Both the position numbers and the translations under genes were made by a program. The notes below the pieces were generated by a model that worked only from the letters and a program-made list of their open reading frames with translations, was not told the origin of the DNA and searched no databases. Positions 55,232-64,000 of a stretch of DNA of 64,000 bases are shown piece by piece (the stretch's first letter is position 1; the number at the start of each line of letters is the position of its first letter). This stretch comes from Eledone cirrhosa (lineage: Eukaryota): NCBI GenBank assembly GCA_964016885.1, contig OZ024745.1:682001-746000 (forward strand), in the 5' to 3' direction.

Positions 55232-56341
55232 ATAACACCAACACTAGGGAGGTAGTCTTGTATATCACCAACACTAGGGAGGTTGTCTTGTATATTACCA
55301 ACACTGGGGGGGTTGTCTTGTATATCACCAACATAAGGGAGGTTGTCTTGTATATCACCAACATAAGGGAGGTAGTCTTGTATATCACCAACATAAGGGA
55401 GGTAGTCTTGTATATCACCAACATAAGGGAGGTAGTCTTGTATATCACCAACACTAGGGAGGTTGTCTTGTATATCACCAACATAAGGGAGGTTGTCATG
55501 TATATCACCAACACTAGAGAGGTTGTCTTGTAGATCACCAACATATGGGAGGTAGTCTTGTATATCACCAACATAAGGGAGGTAGTCTTGTATATCACCA
55601 ACACTAGGGAGGTTGTCATGTATATCACCAACACTAGGGAGGTTGTCATGTATATCACCAACACTAGAGAGGTAGTCTTGTATATCACCAACATAAGGGA
55701 GGTTGTCATGTATATCACCAACACTAGGGGGGTAGTCTTGTATATCACCAACACTAGGGGGGTAGTCTTGTATATCACCAACACTAGGGGGGGTAGTCTT
55801 GTAGATCACCAACACGAGGGAGGTAGTCTTGTAGATCACCAACACTAGAGAGGTAGTCTTGTATATCACCAACATAAGGGAGGTTGTCATGTATATCACC
55901 AACACTAGGGAGGTAGTCTTGTATATCACCAACACTAGGGGGGTTGTCTTGTATATCACCAACATAAGGGAGGTTGTCATGTATATCACCAACACTAGGG
56001 AGGTTGTCTTGTATATCACCAACACTAGAGAGGTAGTCTTGTATATCACCAACACTAGGGAGGTTGTCTTGTATATCACCAACACTAGAGAGGTAGTCTT
56101 GTATATCACCAACATAAGGGGAGTTGTCATGTATATCACCAACACTAGGGAGGTTGTCTTGTATATCACCAACATAAGGGAGGTTGTCTTGTATATCACC
56201 AACACTAGGGCGGTAATCTTGTAGATCACCAACACTAGGGAGGTAGTCTTGTATATCACCAACACTAGGGAGGTTGTCGTGTATATCACCAACATAAGGG
56301 AGGTTGTCTTATATATCACCAACATAAGGGAGGTCGTCTTG
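55232..56341. repeat. 30-bp minisatellite (~37 copies), consensus TATATCACCAACA(CT/TA)AGGGAGGT(A/T)GTC(T/A)TG
   Basis: The 30-bp period is visible as aligned columns. There is a single +1 G in the G-run at ~55787-55793. Confidence 0.99.
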
Positions 56342-57497
56342 TCTTGACATTACTGAAATGTCTTCTTGATCCTTTGTTTGGCAAGTTTTCTAGAGCTAAA
56401 TACACATCCTATCATCAACCACTATACAGAGTGTACTAGGTGCATTTTGAGAGATTGTCAGCAGGGGGAGGGGGCATAAATTGCTCTATCTACCTTATGA
56501 TTCCACCCCCACTACCCTCTGCCTTGCTAGTACCTTGTTCCAATGATAGACCTAGTTTGTGAGTTTCAGCGGGTTGTCTTGTAGAAATTCTCAATTTTCC
56601 TCTGTTATAGGTTTACCTCTCATCTCCTTAACTATCATAAAATATGTCGATGTATCTCACCTAAACAAAGCACAAAACTGTATATCATTTTTATATAAGT
56701 TTTATCTTATTCACTGTATTTCATTTAGTTCATTCTAGTCTCACCCTCTCAGCTCCCTATAGCTCACTCTTCTTACCTTGCCCTGAACTGCACACATTAC
56801 AAAAAAAAACTACACAACCCCCTCTATGCTTAACTATCATAGGTGTCAAGTAGGATTTTTTTGGATTTGTTGCCAGCTGAGGATTCTTTCAGCTTCTAGA
56901 TTATTTTTTTCTTTTCTGGGTTTGTCTAAGGTTACTGACAACTCATTAGAAGGTACATCCTTCACCAGGAAAAGACTCAGTATTTACAAGTATTCACCTA
57001 TTTCATTTCCTGGTGAGGTTGAAGTCTATTTGGCTTGAAGGAACCCCCATTTCAGCTGCTTCTATTAACAATTGTATTCTTTCTGTCATTATCCAAGATT
57101 GTTGAACATAGTTATAGCTGTATGAGTTAAATTCATATAAAAATAACTTCTCACAATACAACACAAACATTTGAAACATTCTTAATATTAATACTTAGTG
57201 ACAAAAAAATAATAAAGAAGCAATTATAACATAAAAAGAGTAGATGCCGAGTTAAATGACTCTACTTAAATGGTTAATTAAGTCGTAAAATTCATCTTCA
57301 TGGGGGTATGACTTGAATATGACCTCATTTCACTTGTTTCATTATCTTATTCCTGACCTTCATAAAAGTATTCTGAATATTTTCTCTCTGTACACTATCA
57401 TCCTCAAAACCCATCTTGTGAACTCATGAATCATGCATGCAAACACCATAATACAACACACTTAACCCATTATAAGCTTTTTGTATATATAAACGCG

Positions 57498-57742
57498 CTG
57501 TAAAGTGGTTGGCGATAGGAAGGGCACCCAGCCATAGAAATCTGGCCAAACGAAGGGTTGGGAGGACCCTCAGTTGTTTCAAAGGCATGACAACCTCTCC
57601 TGCACACTTTATAGAACTTGAGACCATAAGATAATAGACCACTAGATTATCTGAGAAGTCAGTAGCTCTCCTTCAGTACTGACTTGATCTATGTAGACCT
57701 ATCTAGCCCATGATAGCAGACGTTAAAAGGATGATGATGATG
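57498..57742 (+). mobile_element. SINE-type repeat with (GAT)n tail
   Basis: CTGTAAAGTGGTTGGCGATAGGAAGGGCACCCAGCCATAGAAA...GCAGACGTTAAAAGGATGATGATGATG; same family as 53847-54024. Confidence 0.75.
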
Positions 57743-57869
57743 TTATATATCTGGTGTCTAACCTTTCTTCTAGCTATTTGGTTTGCTCTCTACAACCACC
57801 ACCCACTAATTGTGTATCCAGTTTAGAAAAGGAACACCGTATCCCGCCATGTTGTGAGAAGCAACTAAA

Positions 57870-57966
57870 AGGGTCGGTGTCTGGAAGGTCATCTGGATGA
57901 AAACATTGTTTCAAAAAGTCCTGTCCAACCCATGCCAGCATGAAAAAGCTGACCTCAAAATGATCA
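57870..57966 (+). mobile_element. Degenerate 3' part of the same SINE-type repeat
   Basis: GGAAGGTCATCTGG...TGTCCAACCCATGCCAGCATGAAAAAGCTGACCTCAAAATGATCATC matches the tail of the other copies. Confidence 0.6.
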
Positions 57967-58091
57967 TCTTACCAGATATACAACAAAATAAAAAAGTATT
58001 TCAGTTTGCATCCACTTCATTTTAAACAAACCGTCCAGGAAGCTTCTATGAGGTTGTTAACCTGCTAGAAATAGCACCTAAATCTCCCTCA

Positions 58092-58220
58092 AGTAAAACG
58101 GGTGTAATATTCACCTCCGAAGTGAAACAGGTGTAATAATCACCTCCAAAGTGAAACAGGTGTAATAATCACCTCCAAGGTGAAACAGGTGTAATATCCA
58201 CCTCCAAAGTGAAACAGGTA
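58092..58220. repeat. 29-bp minisatellite (~4.4 copies) AGTGAAACAGGTGTAATAATCACCTCCAA
   Basis: Direct reading; each unit holds a small AGGTG-N7-CACCT stem-loop. Confidence 0.95.
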
Positions 58221-58350
58221 GCGAAAATATTTTGGCATCTCATTTACATAAATTTTGTACTTGGTGAAAATATGCCAAATATTGACCTTGAATATAAACT
58301 GACCTATATTTTACCATTGTATGTGAGTATATACAGTAATACTTTATAAT

Positions 58351-58446
58351 TGTTTCTACTTTTGGCACAAGGCCAGCAATTATCCAAGTACATTACTGGT
58401 ACTTTATTTTATCAACCCCGTAAGGATGAAAGGCAAAGTTAACCTC
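58351..58446 (-). mobile_element. 5'-truncated SINE copy with a 15-bp target-site duplication
   Basis: The reverse complement matches the 3' half of the SINE at 60267-60420 (GAGGTTAACTTTGCCTTTCATCCTTACGGGGTTGATAAAATAAAGTACCAGTAATG...AATTGCTGGCCTTGTG). It is flanked by GTAATACTTTATAAT at 58336-58350 and 58447-58461. Confidence 0.9.
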
Positions 58447-58476
58447 GTAATACTTTATAATGACATGTAATTGAAG

Positions 58477-58745
58477 TCATCAACACTAAGCTCCATTTTC
58501 TATGCTTGCATAGGTTTCATAGGTTATCTAGTTTTGAGGAAAGACAGATCAGATGGCCGTGTTTTGCTCATATGTAACATTTTAGCTAGATGTCTTTCCA
58601 AACACCAACCAGTTGATGGCTTGTTTTCTTGTGGTACCAGCACTACCCCCTGACAGGATGGACTGGGTGCTTTCTTCATAGCACCAACACTACTACTTTA
58701 CTGTGTGGTTTGGAGGAATTTTATCATGGCACCAACACCATGGTA
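58477..58745 (-). mobile_element. Highly decayed copy of the (GAT)n-tailed SINE-type repeat, including ~47-bp-unit remnants
   Basis: GCTAGATGTCTTTCCAAACACCAACCA and ACCAGCACTAC/CTGGGTGCTTT segments match the reverse complement of the other copies. Confidence 0.5.
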
Positions 58746-58994
58746 ATTAAAAATTGATATATATATATCTTCAACAGTATATGCAAAAGACACATAGAAG
58801 TCTTCCTTATATAATGTTATATTTGGTTGTCTCTCTCACTGACTGTTCAGGACCATACACAAATTAGATGGAGATGACACAAAATATGTTTTCTTGAAGC
58901 CTTCCTATAGAAAGGTACATTTTGAAACACTCCATGGAAAACTTGTAAAAGTTCTCTGGAACAGGATACGTGATATTGGCCACTTACAAGGTAA

Positions 58995-59356
58995 ACCTGC
59001 TAGGAAGAGCATCCAACCGTAAAAACCATGCTGAAAAATGAACATACAGTGGAACCTCAGTTTACAAACTTAATCAGTTCCTGAAGGCCATTTGTCACCC
59101 AAAATGTTGAGACTGTGTTTGAAAGACAGATGGATATCACCATAGTAACTAACTACACAGCAAGTGACACTTTCTCGCCAATACTCCCAGCTTGTTTAGT
59201 ACTCGAGACGTTTGATGTTTAGAAAAATTGTTCATAAAGTGAAGTTCCACTGTATATTAAAATGTGGCCCTCCAAGTTAGGGAAGCAATAGTTCTGGTTA
59301 AGTACTGGCTTAGTCTGTAACCCATCCCAGCATGGAAAAGCAGATGTAAAATGATG
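58995..59356 (+). mobile_element. (GAT)n-tailed SINE-type repeat interrupted by a MITE
   Basis: 5' part TAGGAAGAGCATCCAACCGTAAAAACCATG; 3' part AACCCATCCCAGCATGGAAAAGCAGATGTAAAATGATG; the MITE lies between them. Confidence 0.65.
59047..59252. mobile_element. Tc1/mariner-superfamily (pogo/Tigger-like) MITE, 206 bp
   Basis: TA target duplications at 59045-46 and 59253-54. Left TIR CAGTGGAACCTCAGTTTACAAAC; right TIR (reverse complement) CAGTGGAACTTCACTTTATGAAC. No ORF. Confidence 0.9.
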
Positions 59357-59737
59357 CTGGGTGTATTTTATTATGACACCAGCACTACTCCTTTACAGAG
59401 TGTACTGGGTGTATTTTATCATGACACCAACACTACTACTTTACAGTGTATTTTATCATGACACCAGCACTACCACTTTACAGAGTGTACTGGGTGTATT
59501 TTATTGACACCAGCACTACTTTAGTGTACTGGGTGCACTTTATAATGACACCAGTACTATTACTTTACAGAGTGTACTGGGTGTATTTTACAATGACACC
59601 AGCACTACTTTACAGTGTACTGGGTGCACTTTATTATGACACCAGCTCTATCAGATTACGGAGTGTACTTTATCATGACACCAACACAACCACTTTACAG
59701 AGTGTACTGGGTGTATTTTATCATAGCACCAACACTA
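59356..59737. repeat. Degenerate ~47-bp tandem repeat (CTGGGTGTATTTTATCATGACACCAGCACTACCACTTTACAGAGTGTA) derived from the SINE-type repeat body
   Basis: Roughly 8-9 units of variable length. The reverse complement contains CACTCTGTAAAGTGGT, as at the start of the SINE copies at 57498 and 61050. Confidence 0.85.
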
Positions 59738-59997
59738 TACATTTTTATATTTAGCTGCTACGTTTTTTGTTTTTTTTTTATTTCATAATTTATTTCTTGT
59801 TTGCATTAAATTTTTCTAAAATATTCTGATCACCATTTTCCATGATTTCCACACTGGCATGAGTTAGTTGCCATGGTCTCTGACAGGTCAGAGCAATTTA
59901 TCTTTCACATTGTTCCTTATTTGGCAGTTTCTACAACTACATGCCCTTATATGGTATGGTTTCTACAACTACATGCCAAGCAATCGATACTATTTTT

Positions 59998-60420
59998 GTG
60001 GCGGATTGGCAGAATTGGTAGAGCATCGGAGTTAAGGTTTATTACGCTCATCATCATTTTACGTCCTCTTCAGCACAGCAGCTCTCCATTTGTCACGATC
60101 CCACATCATCTCCTCTGTGAGCTTCACCGATCTGAGGTTAGCTCTCAACACCTCCGTCCATGTTTTGTGTGGTATTCCTTCCATCGGAGTATCTTGGTAC
60201 GTCTTTCCCCAGTGGTCATCTTCCATGCACATCACATGGCCTTACAACGCAGTCTTCTGCATTGTGTACATTCTATGGATTCAAATCCCGTTGAGGTTAG
60301 CTTTGCATTTCATCCTTACGGGGGTTGATAAAATAAAGTACCAGTAATGCACTGGGGTTAATTTAATTGACTTTCCCCACCTCCCAAATTGCTGGCCTTG
60401 TGTATATAGTAGAAATTATT
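59998..60420 (+). mobile_element. tRNA-derived SINE, split by an antisense RTE fragment
   Basis: A-box-like TGGCAGAATTGG (60007) and B-box-like GGATTCAAATCC (60277) are separated by the insert. The 3' half is homologous to 58351-58446. Confidence 0.8.
60048..60265 (-). pseudogene. 3'-terminal fragment of an RTE-clade LINE ORF with (ATG)n tail
   Basis: The reverse strand translates as RRLR/GHVMCMEDDHWGKTYQDTPMEGIPHKTWTEVLRANLRSVKLTEEMMWDRDKWRAAVLKRT*. This matches the RTE C-terminal pattern RRLRWxGHV...RPxxTW...DRxxWR and is followed by AATGATGATGA. Confidence 0.88.
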
Positions 60421-60433
60421 TTTACAGACTTAA

Positions 60434-60651
60434 CTCTTTAGCATTTACATTACTCTATATATACGTAATGTTTTTTGGTAAAAGCTTTATCTTACTAAAA
60501 ATATCTCACATAATATTGAATCATCATCTGAGATTTTGATGTTATTTACTTTGAGAACAATACCTTAACATAAGTGACTAGTTATGGCCGGTTTGAATAA
60601 AAAGCGGTGAGAGAATTCTGGCTGGATATGGCTGCTTTAAATGCTAAAGGG
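60434..60651. mobile_element. piggyBac-family MITE (218 bp)
   Basis: TTAA|CTCTTTAGCATTTA ... TAAATGCTAAAGGG|CTAA: terminal inverted repeats with a TTAA-type target duplication (one substitution on the right). The TIR matches the piggyBac end at 62815. Confidence 0.88.
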
Positions 60652-61049
60652 CTAATCACAATTTGTTTAAGAGTCTGTAAAATGTTATAGAAACTGAAAA
60701 GAATTGAAGCATTGGGGAGCATTTATTGGGAAATGTTTTTAAAATCTTTGGCAGGTGAGTACAACGAAATTAGAAAGCCTGTTCTCTGAACTGAGCTTAA
60801 TGAATTAATTATAAGAGTCATCAATGGTAAACTAGGTTTCAGCCAGTAATGAGCCAGGTCATGTGAAAATAAGGAAATATGGCACTTTACACTAAAATGA
60901 ATCAATCACAATAATTCTTGGAGAGCTGTGAAGTAAAGTCAAGTGATTTGCAAGATTTGAACTTGTAGAAAGCATGTATAGAATAGAAAGGATTCTTCAA
61001 TTTCAAGGATGATATAACCACTAATGTTGGTACTAGAATAAAATGGATC

Positions 61050-61192
61050 CAGAACACTCTGCAAAGTAAAGGGCATTAAGCCGTAGTAACCATGTGAAAA
61101 TGGAAGATATCTGAACAAGATGTAGTCACCTGACCTCAGTCTGTAGTCACCTGACTTACCCAGCAGGGAAAACCAGGCATAAAATGGTGATC
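61050..61192 (+). mobile_element. Decayed, internally deleted copy of the (GAT)n-tailed SINE-type repeat
   Basis: CAGAACACTCTGCAAAGT..AAGGGCATTAAGCCGTAGTAACCATG...CCAGCAGGGAAAACCAGGCATAAAATGGTGATCAT. Confidence 0.55.
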
Positions 61193-61935
61193 ATATATTT
61201 TAAGAAACACAAACAATGAGGGGAAAAAAATACTTTTTAAAAATCAAAGATAAGTTGATTCACATGTTGTATGTTGATGCCAACTCATTCAGATTGAATT
61301 TATTATTTTGTTTTTCTTTCATTTTCGATACAAAGCAAGTGAAGAATTAGATGTAAGCCATGTGCATACTATCGTTTTAACTGTTGATAAACAGAAACAT
61401 TGAAGAGGAGGAATCTTTACCTTCTCACTGTCAGCTTTGAACTTTATCACTACTATAGAATAATGAAAATGCAAGTCAATGTGAACATGTTTTATATATA
61501 TTGGTATACATGTATACATATCTTCACACTGATTTCTTCATGGTAGCATGGGCAACATGGTTTTTTTCTTTCTTTACAAATGTATAATTGTTGGAACAAA
61601 CATACATGTGTGTGTGAGATGTATATAATTATACACACATACACATGTACCTGTTCTCACTCATACAGACAGGAAAATTAGTGAATGGCAAATATGAAAA
61701 TTGAAATATATTTGGACACAAACCCAAGGATGTGTATTCATTTCTCACCTGGTTCTCAGCTTTCCTCTTGTTTTATCATGTTTATATATATATTCTTATT
61801 TAGTATTCTACAAATAATCACTCACACACACATATATATATATATATACATATATATAATATGAGTAATAATAAATATTACCCAGTTACAAGTATGAAAT
61901 TAGCTTGATGTAAAATAATATAATACAGAGCCGGA

Positions 61936-62195
61936 ATATAATGTAAATGATAATCAGTGTTTAATCTTTCAACCATTTAATCACTGACAATCGTTTCATC
62001 CTAGCACATCATTGGAGTTGATAACAAAAATTAAACACAAATATAAGATCAAAACCTTGTCGCAAAGTTTTGATCTTATATTTGTGTTTAATTTTTGTTA
62101 TCAACTCCAATGATTCTGGCCTTGTGCTAGGATGAAACGATTGTCAGTGATTAAATGGTTGAAAGATTAAACACTGATTATCATTTACATTATAT
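61936..62195. repeat. 260-bp near-perfect inverted repeat (long hairpin), possibly an inverted Penelope-like pseudo-LTR remnant
   Basis: The arms pair from ATATAATGTAAATGA (61936) / TCATTTACATTATAT (62195) inward. There is one asymmetric internal loop (ATC vs ATTCTGGCCTT), one mismatch and a ~3-nt apex (TTG-TCG-CAA). The inverted repeat is certain; the Penelope origin is inference. Confidence 0.95.
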
Positions 62196-62814
62196 ATATA
62201 TACACACACAGAAACTACGAAGAACAGAAGTAAACATTTGCTGAGTATAGTTGTCAACTTATGAAGAGATATTAAGGAGGTTTTAGAGATTTAACCATCT
62301 AAACTGGGACTATAAATGGATGAAGTGATTATAGCTTCAATATTTTGGAGCTACTGACTAAAAAATCAAATTCAAAATGCACATTGATTGATGAAGAGTT
62401 TAAAAAAAAACAGCAAAGGAGATGAGAAATGCATCCATTTGTTTTTAATTTAAAAAAAAGTTAATGCCTATTATTTTTTTTCTTTCTTTTCTTCCATGTT
62501 GTTGACATCAAAGAATAGCATTGGAGAAACTTGGGAGTAAATTGGCAATAATTCCTGACTACTTCCTGACTCCATGTTGGCAATATAGAATTAATTCAGA
62601 TATGACCAGTCATTGAAACATTTTCAGCTGTGTTTTGAGTCTCCTTTACTGTGCTTGGAACCCTAGAATAAAAAAAAAAAAAACATAATGAAATATGGGA
62701 GGTAGAAATCAGTCTGGGTTGCTTTCAGTTTTACCAACTGATTTATTAAATACTGCCATTTTGAAGCATTGCGTTAAGTGCTTAAAATAGTATTTTGTTT
62801 GAAAGTTACCTTAA

Positions 62815-63746
62815 CCCTTTAGCATTCAAAGCGACAAAAACCGACAAGATTATGTCCCCTTTCATTTATTCAAACCGACAAAAACCGACATTTAATACCA
62901 CACGGAGATTTCCTTGTAAAAATAAACATTGACATCATCGAAATCTCGTCAATTCGAGATTACTGCGAGATAAAGCCCTTACGCGCGAAAATTAACTCTT
63001 AGTATAGTTAAAGAACTTGCGATAACACGTGTTTTTAACGTTGAAAGTGTAACATGGCTTTCGAAAGTAGCGACAACGAATTTGAAGGTTTTACGTCCGA
63101 CGACATTCGAGATCAAAAAGAAACAGAAGATAATATCAGTGATTTATCTTCAAACGAATCAGATATATTTATTTCTGATATATCTGATAATGATGATAGT
63201 TACTTTGAAAGTGAAAGAGAAGATTTGAAAAAACAGCAACATGGTTGAAAGAAACAACATCGATACATGTTTCGGATTTTACTGAAAATATTGGACCACA
63301 ACACACATTACCACCCGATGCTAAAGCACTGGATTATTATTTTTTATTTTTACCACAATTTTTCTTCGAAGTTGTGGCAAATCGCTATGCACAACAACAA
63401 ATTTCTAATATCGGAAAACCCGATCTGTTATGGCGTCCGACAGATTCTGCCGAAATGAAATCGTTTTTTACCATAAATATTATGTTTGGTATTAAACAAT
63501 TTCCACGACTGGAATTATTGGAGTACTGATATAAGGTTTGGTGACCCTTATATATCTAGTATTATGGCAAAAACGAGATTCATTAAATTAAACCAGTATT
63601 TGCATCTGGTTGATACTTCAAATACCCCAGGTAGAAATGAATCAAATTACGACCCACTGTACAAAGTAAACCCATTAATTGAAATATTGCCAGAAAAATT
63701 TAAAAGTGTGTATAAACTTATATATTGGGAACTTTCTGTTACGTAA
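62815..63746 (+). mobile_element. Left end and 5' part of a piggyBac DNA transposon
   Basis: TTAA (62811-14) followed by TIR CCCTTTAGCATTCAAA. A subterminal 23-bp direct repeat ATTCAAA(G/C)CGACAAAAACCGACA lies at 62824-62846 and 62868-62890, followed by a transposase remnant. No right TIR is visible in the window. Confidence 0.9.
63054..63746 (+). pseudogene. piggyBac transposase (PGBD4-like, DDE_Tnp_1_7 type), two frameshifts, truncated before the catalytic triad
   Basis: Three overlapping ORFs join into an acidic N-terminus + ...FTENIGP...LDYYFLFL...NRYAQQ...WRPTDSAEMKSFF...MFGIKQFPR/YWSTD...ISSIMAKTRFIKLNQYLHLVD...DPLYKVNPLIE...FKSVY...ELSV. These are typical piggyBac motifs. The match ends where LSVDE (first catalytic D) is expected. 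Confidence 0.92.
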
Positions 63747-64000
63747 TTTTACACCGTACATTTACAGAGTACATTGCCAATATTATTTTGACCGGTGAAA
63801 AGGTTTTATACATTTTTTTCAATGAAAATATTTGCCTGGAATGTAGAGAAAAACTAAAACAGTGTACTGATTACACCTGCATTTTTAATTAATTCACCTG
63901 TTCAGAAAACTGCTAGAATTGATGGAAATCAGCATCTAGGTCATTATTGGATTTTTTTGCAACAAATCTAACAGATAAGGCAGATAAAGTTTAAATTTTT

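Noticed and set aside
55216-56325. 369-aa minus-strand ORF with 10-aa repeats (VGDIQDYLPS / VLVIYKTTSL)
   Set aside because: It lies entirely within the 30-bp minisatellite, changes frame at a G-run, and has no convincing flanking coding sequence or splice sites.
56850-57120. Minus-strand protein-like stretches (YNYVQQSWIMTERIQLL..., KDVPSNELSVTLDKPRKEK...)
   Set aside because: Interrupted by stops, with no coherent splice structure or recognisable family.
54128-60265. The two RTE fragments as one interrupted LINE
   Set aside because: On the minus strand the C-terminal/tail fragment (60048-60265) lies upstream of the RT-thumb fragment, which is the wrong order. They are independent insertions.
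59998-60290. tRNA gene
   Set aside because: Only A/B-box remnants of a SINE head, split by an insertion; no cloverleaf.

Overview
Eukaryotic, AT-rich, repeat-dominated window with no intact, recognisable protein-coding gene. About 52.8 kb is three adjacent tandem arrays: a 52-bp satellite (1-13146), an 18-bp satellite (13287-48369) and a 27-bp satellite with a palindromic core (48561-52823). They are separated by unique spacers of only ~140 and ~190 bp. The last ~11 kb is a patchwork of decayed mobile elements: two RTE-clade LINE fragments, several SINE-type repeats, a TA-flanked Tc1/mariner/pogo-type MITE, a piggyBac MITE and a frameshifted, truncated piggyBac transposase. It also holds 30-, 29- and ~47-bp minisatellites and a 260-bp near-perfect inverted repeat carrying a degenerate hammerhead-ribozyme-like motif (possibly Penelope-derived). 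From memory only, the interspersed repeats resemble those of Octopus; this is unverified. Nearly all long ORFs in the track are artefacts of stop-free repeat units. The most interesting signals are structural. The four arrays of different period share a core motif, and the 27-mer looks like an amplified fold-back junction of the 18-mer. A single linker is flipped between palindromic cores. The 18-mer array shows nested multi-kb duplications and symmetric old edges. I found no evidence of a multi-gene biological system.
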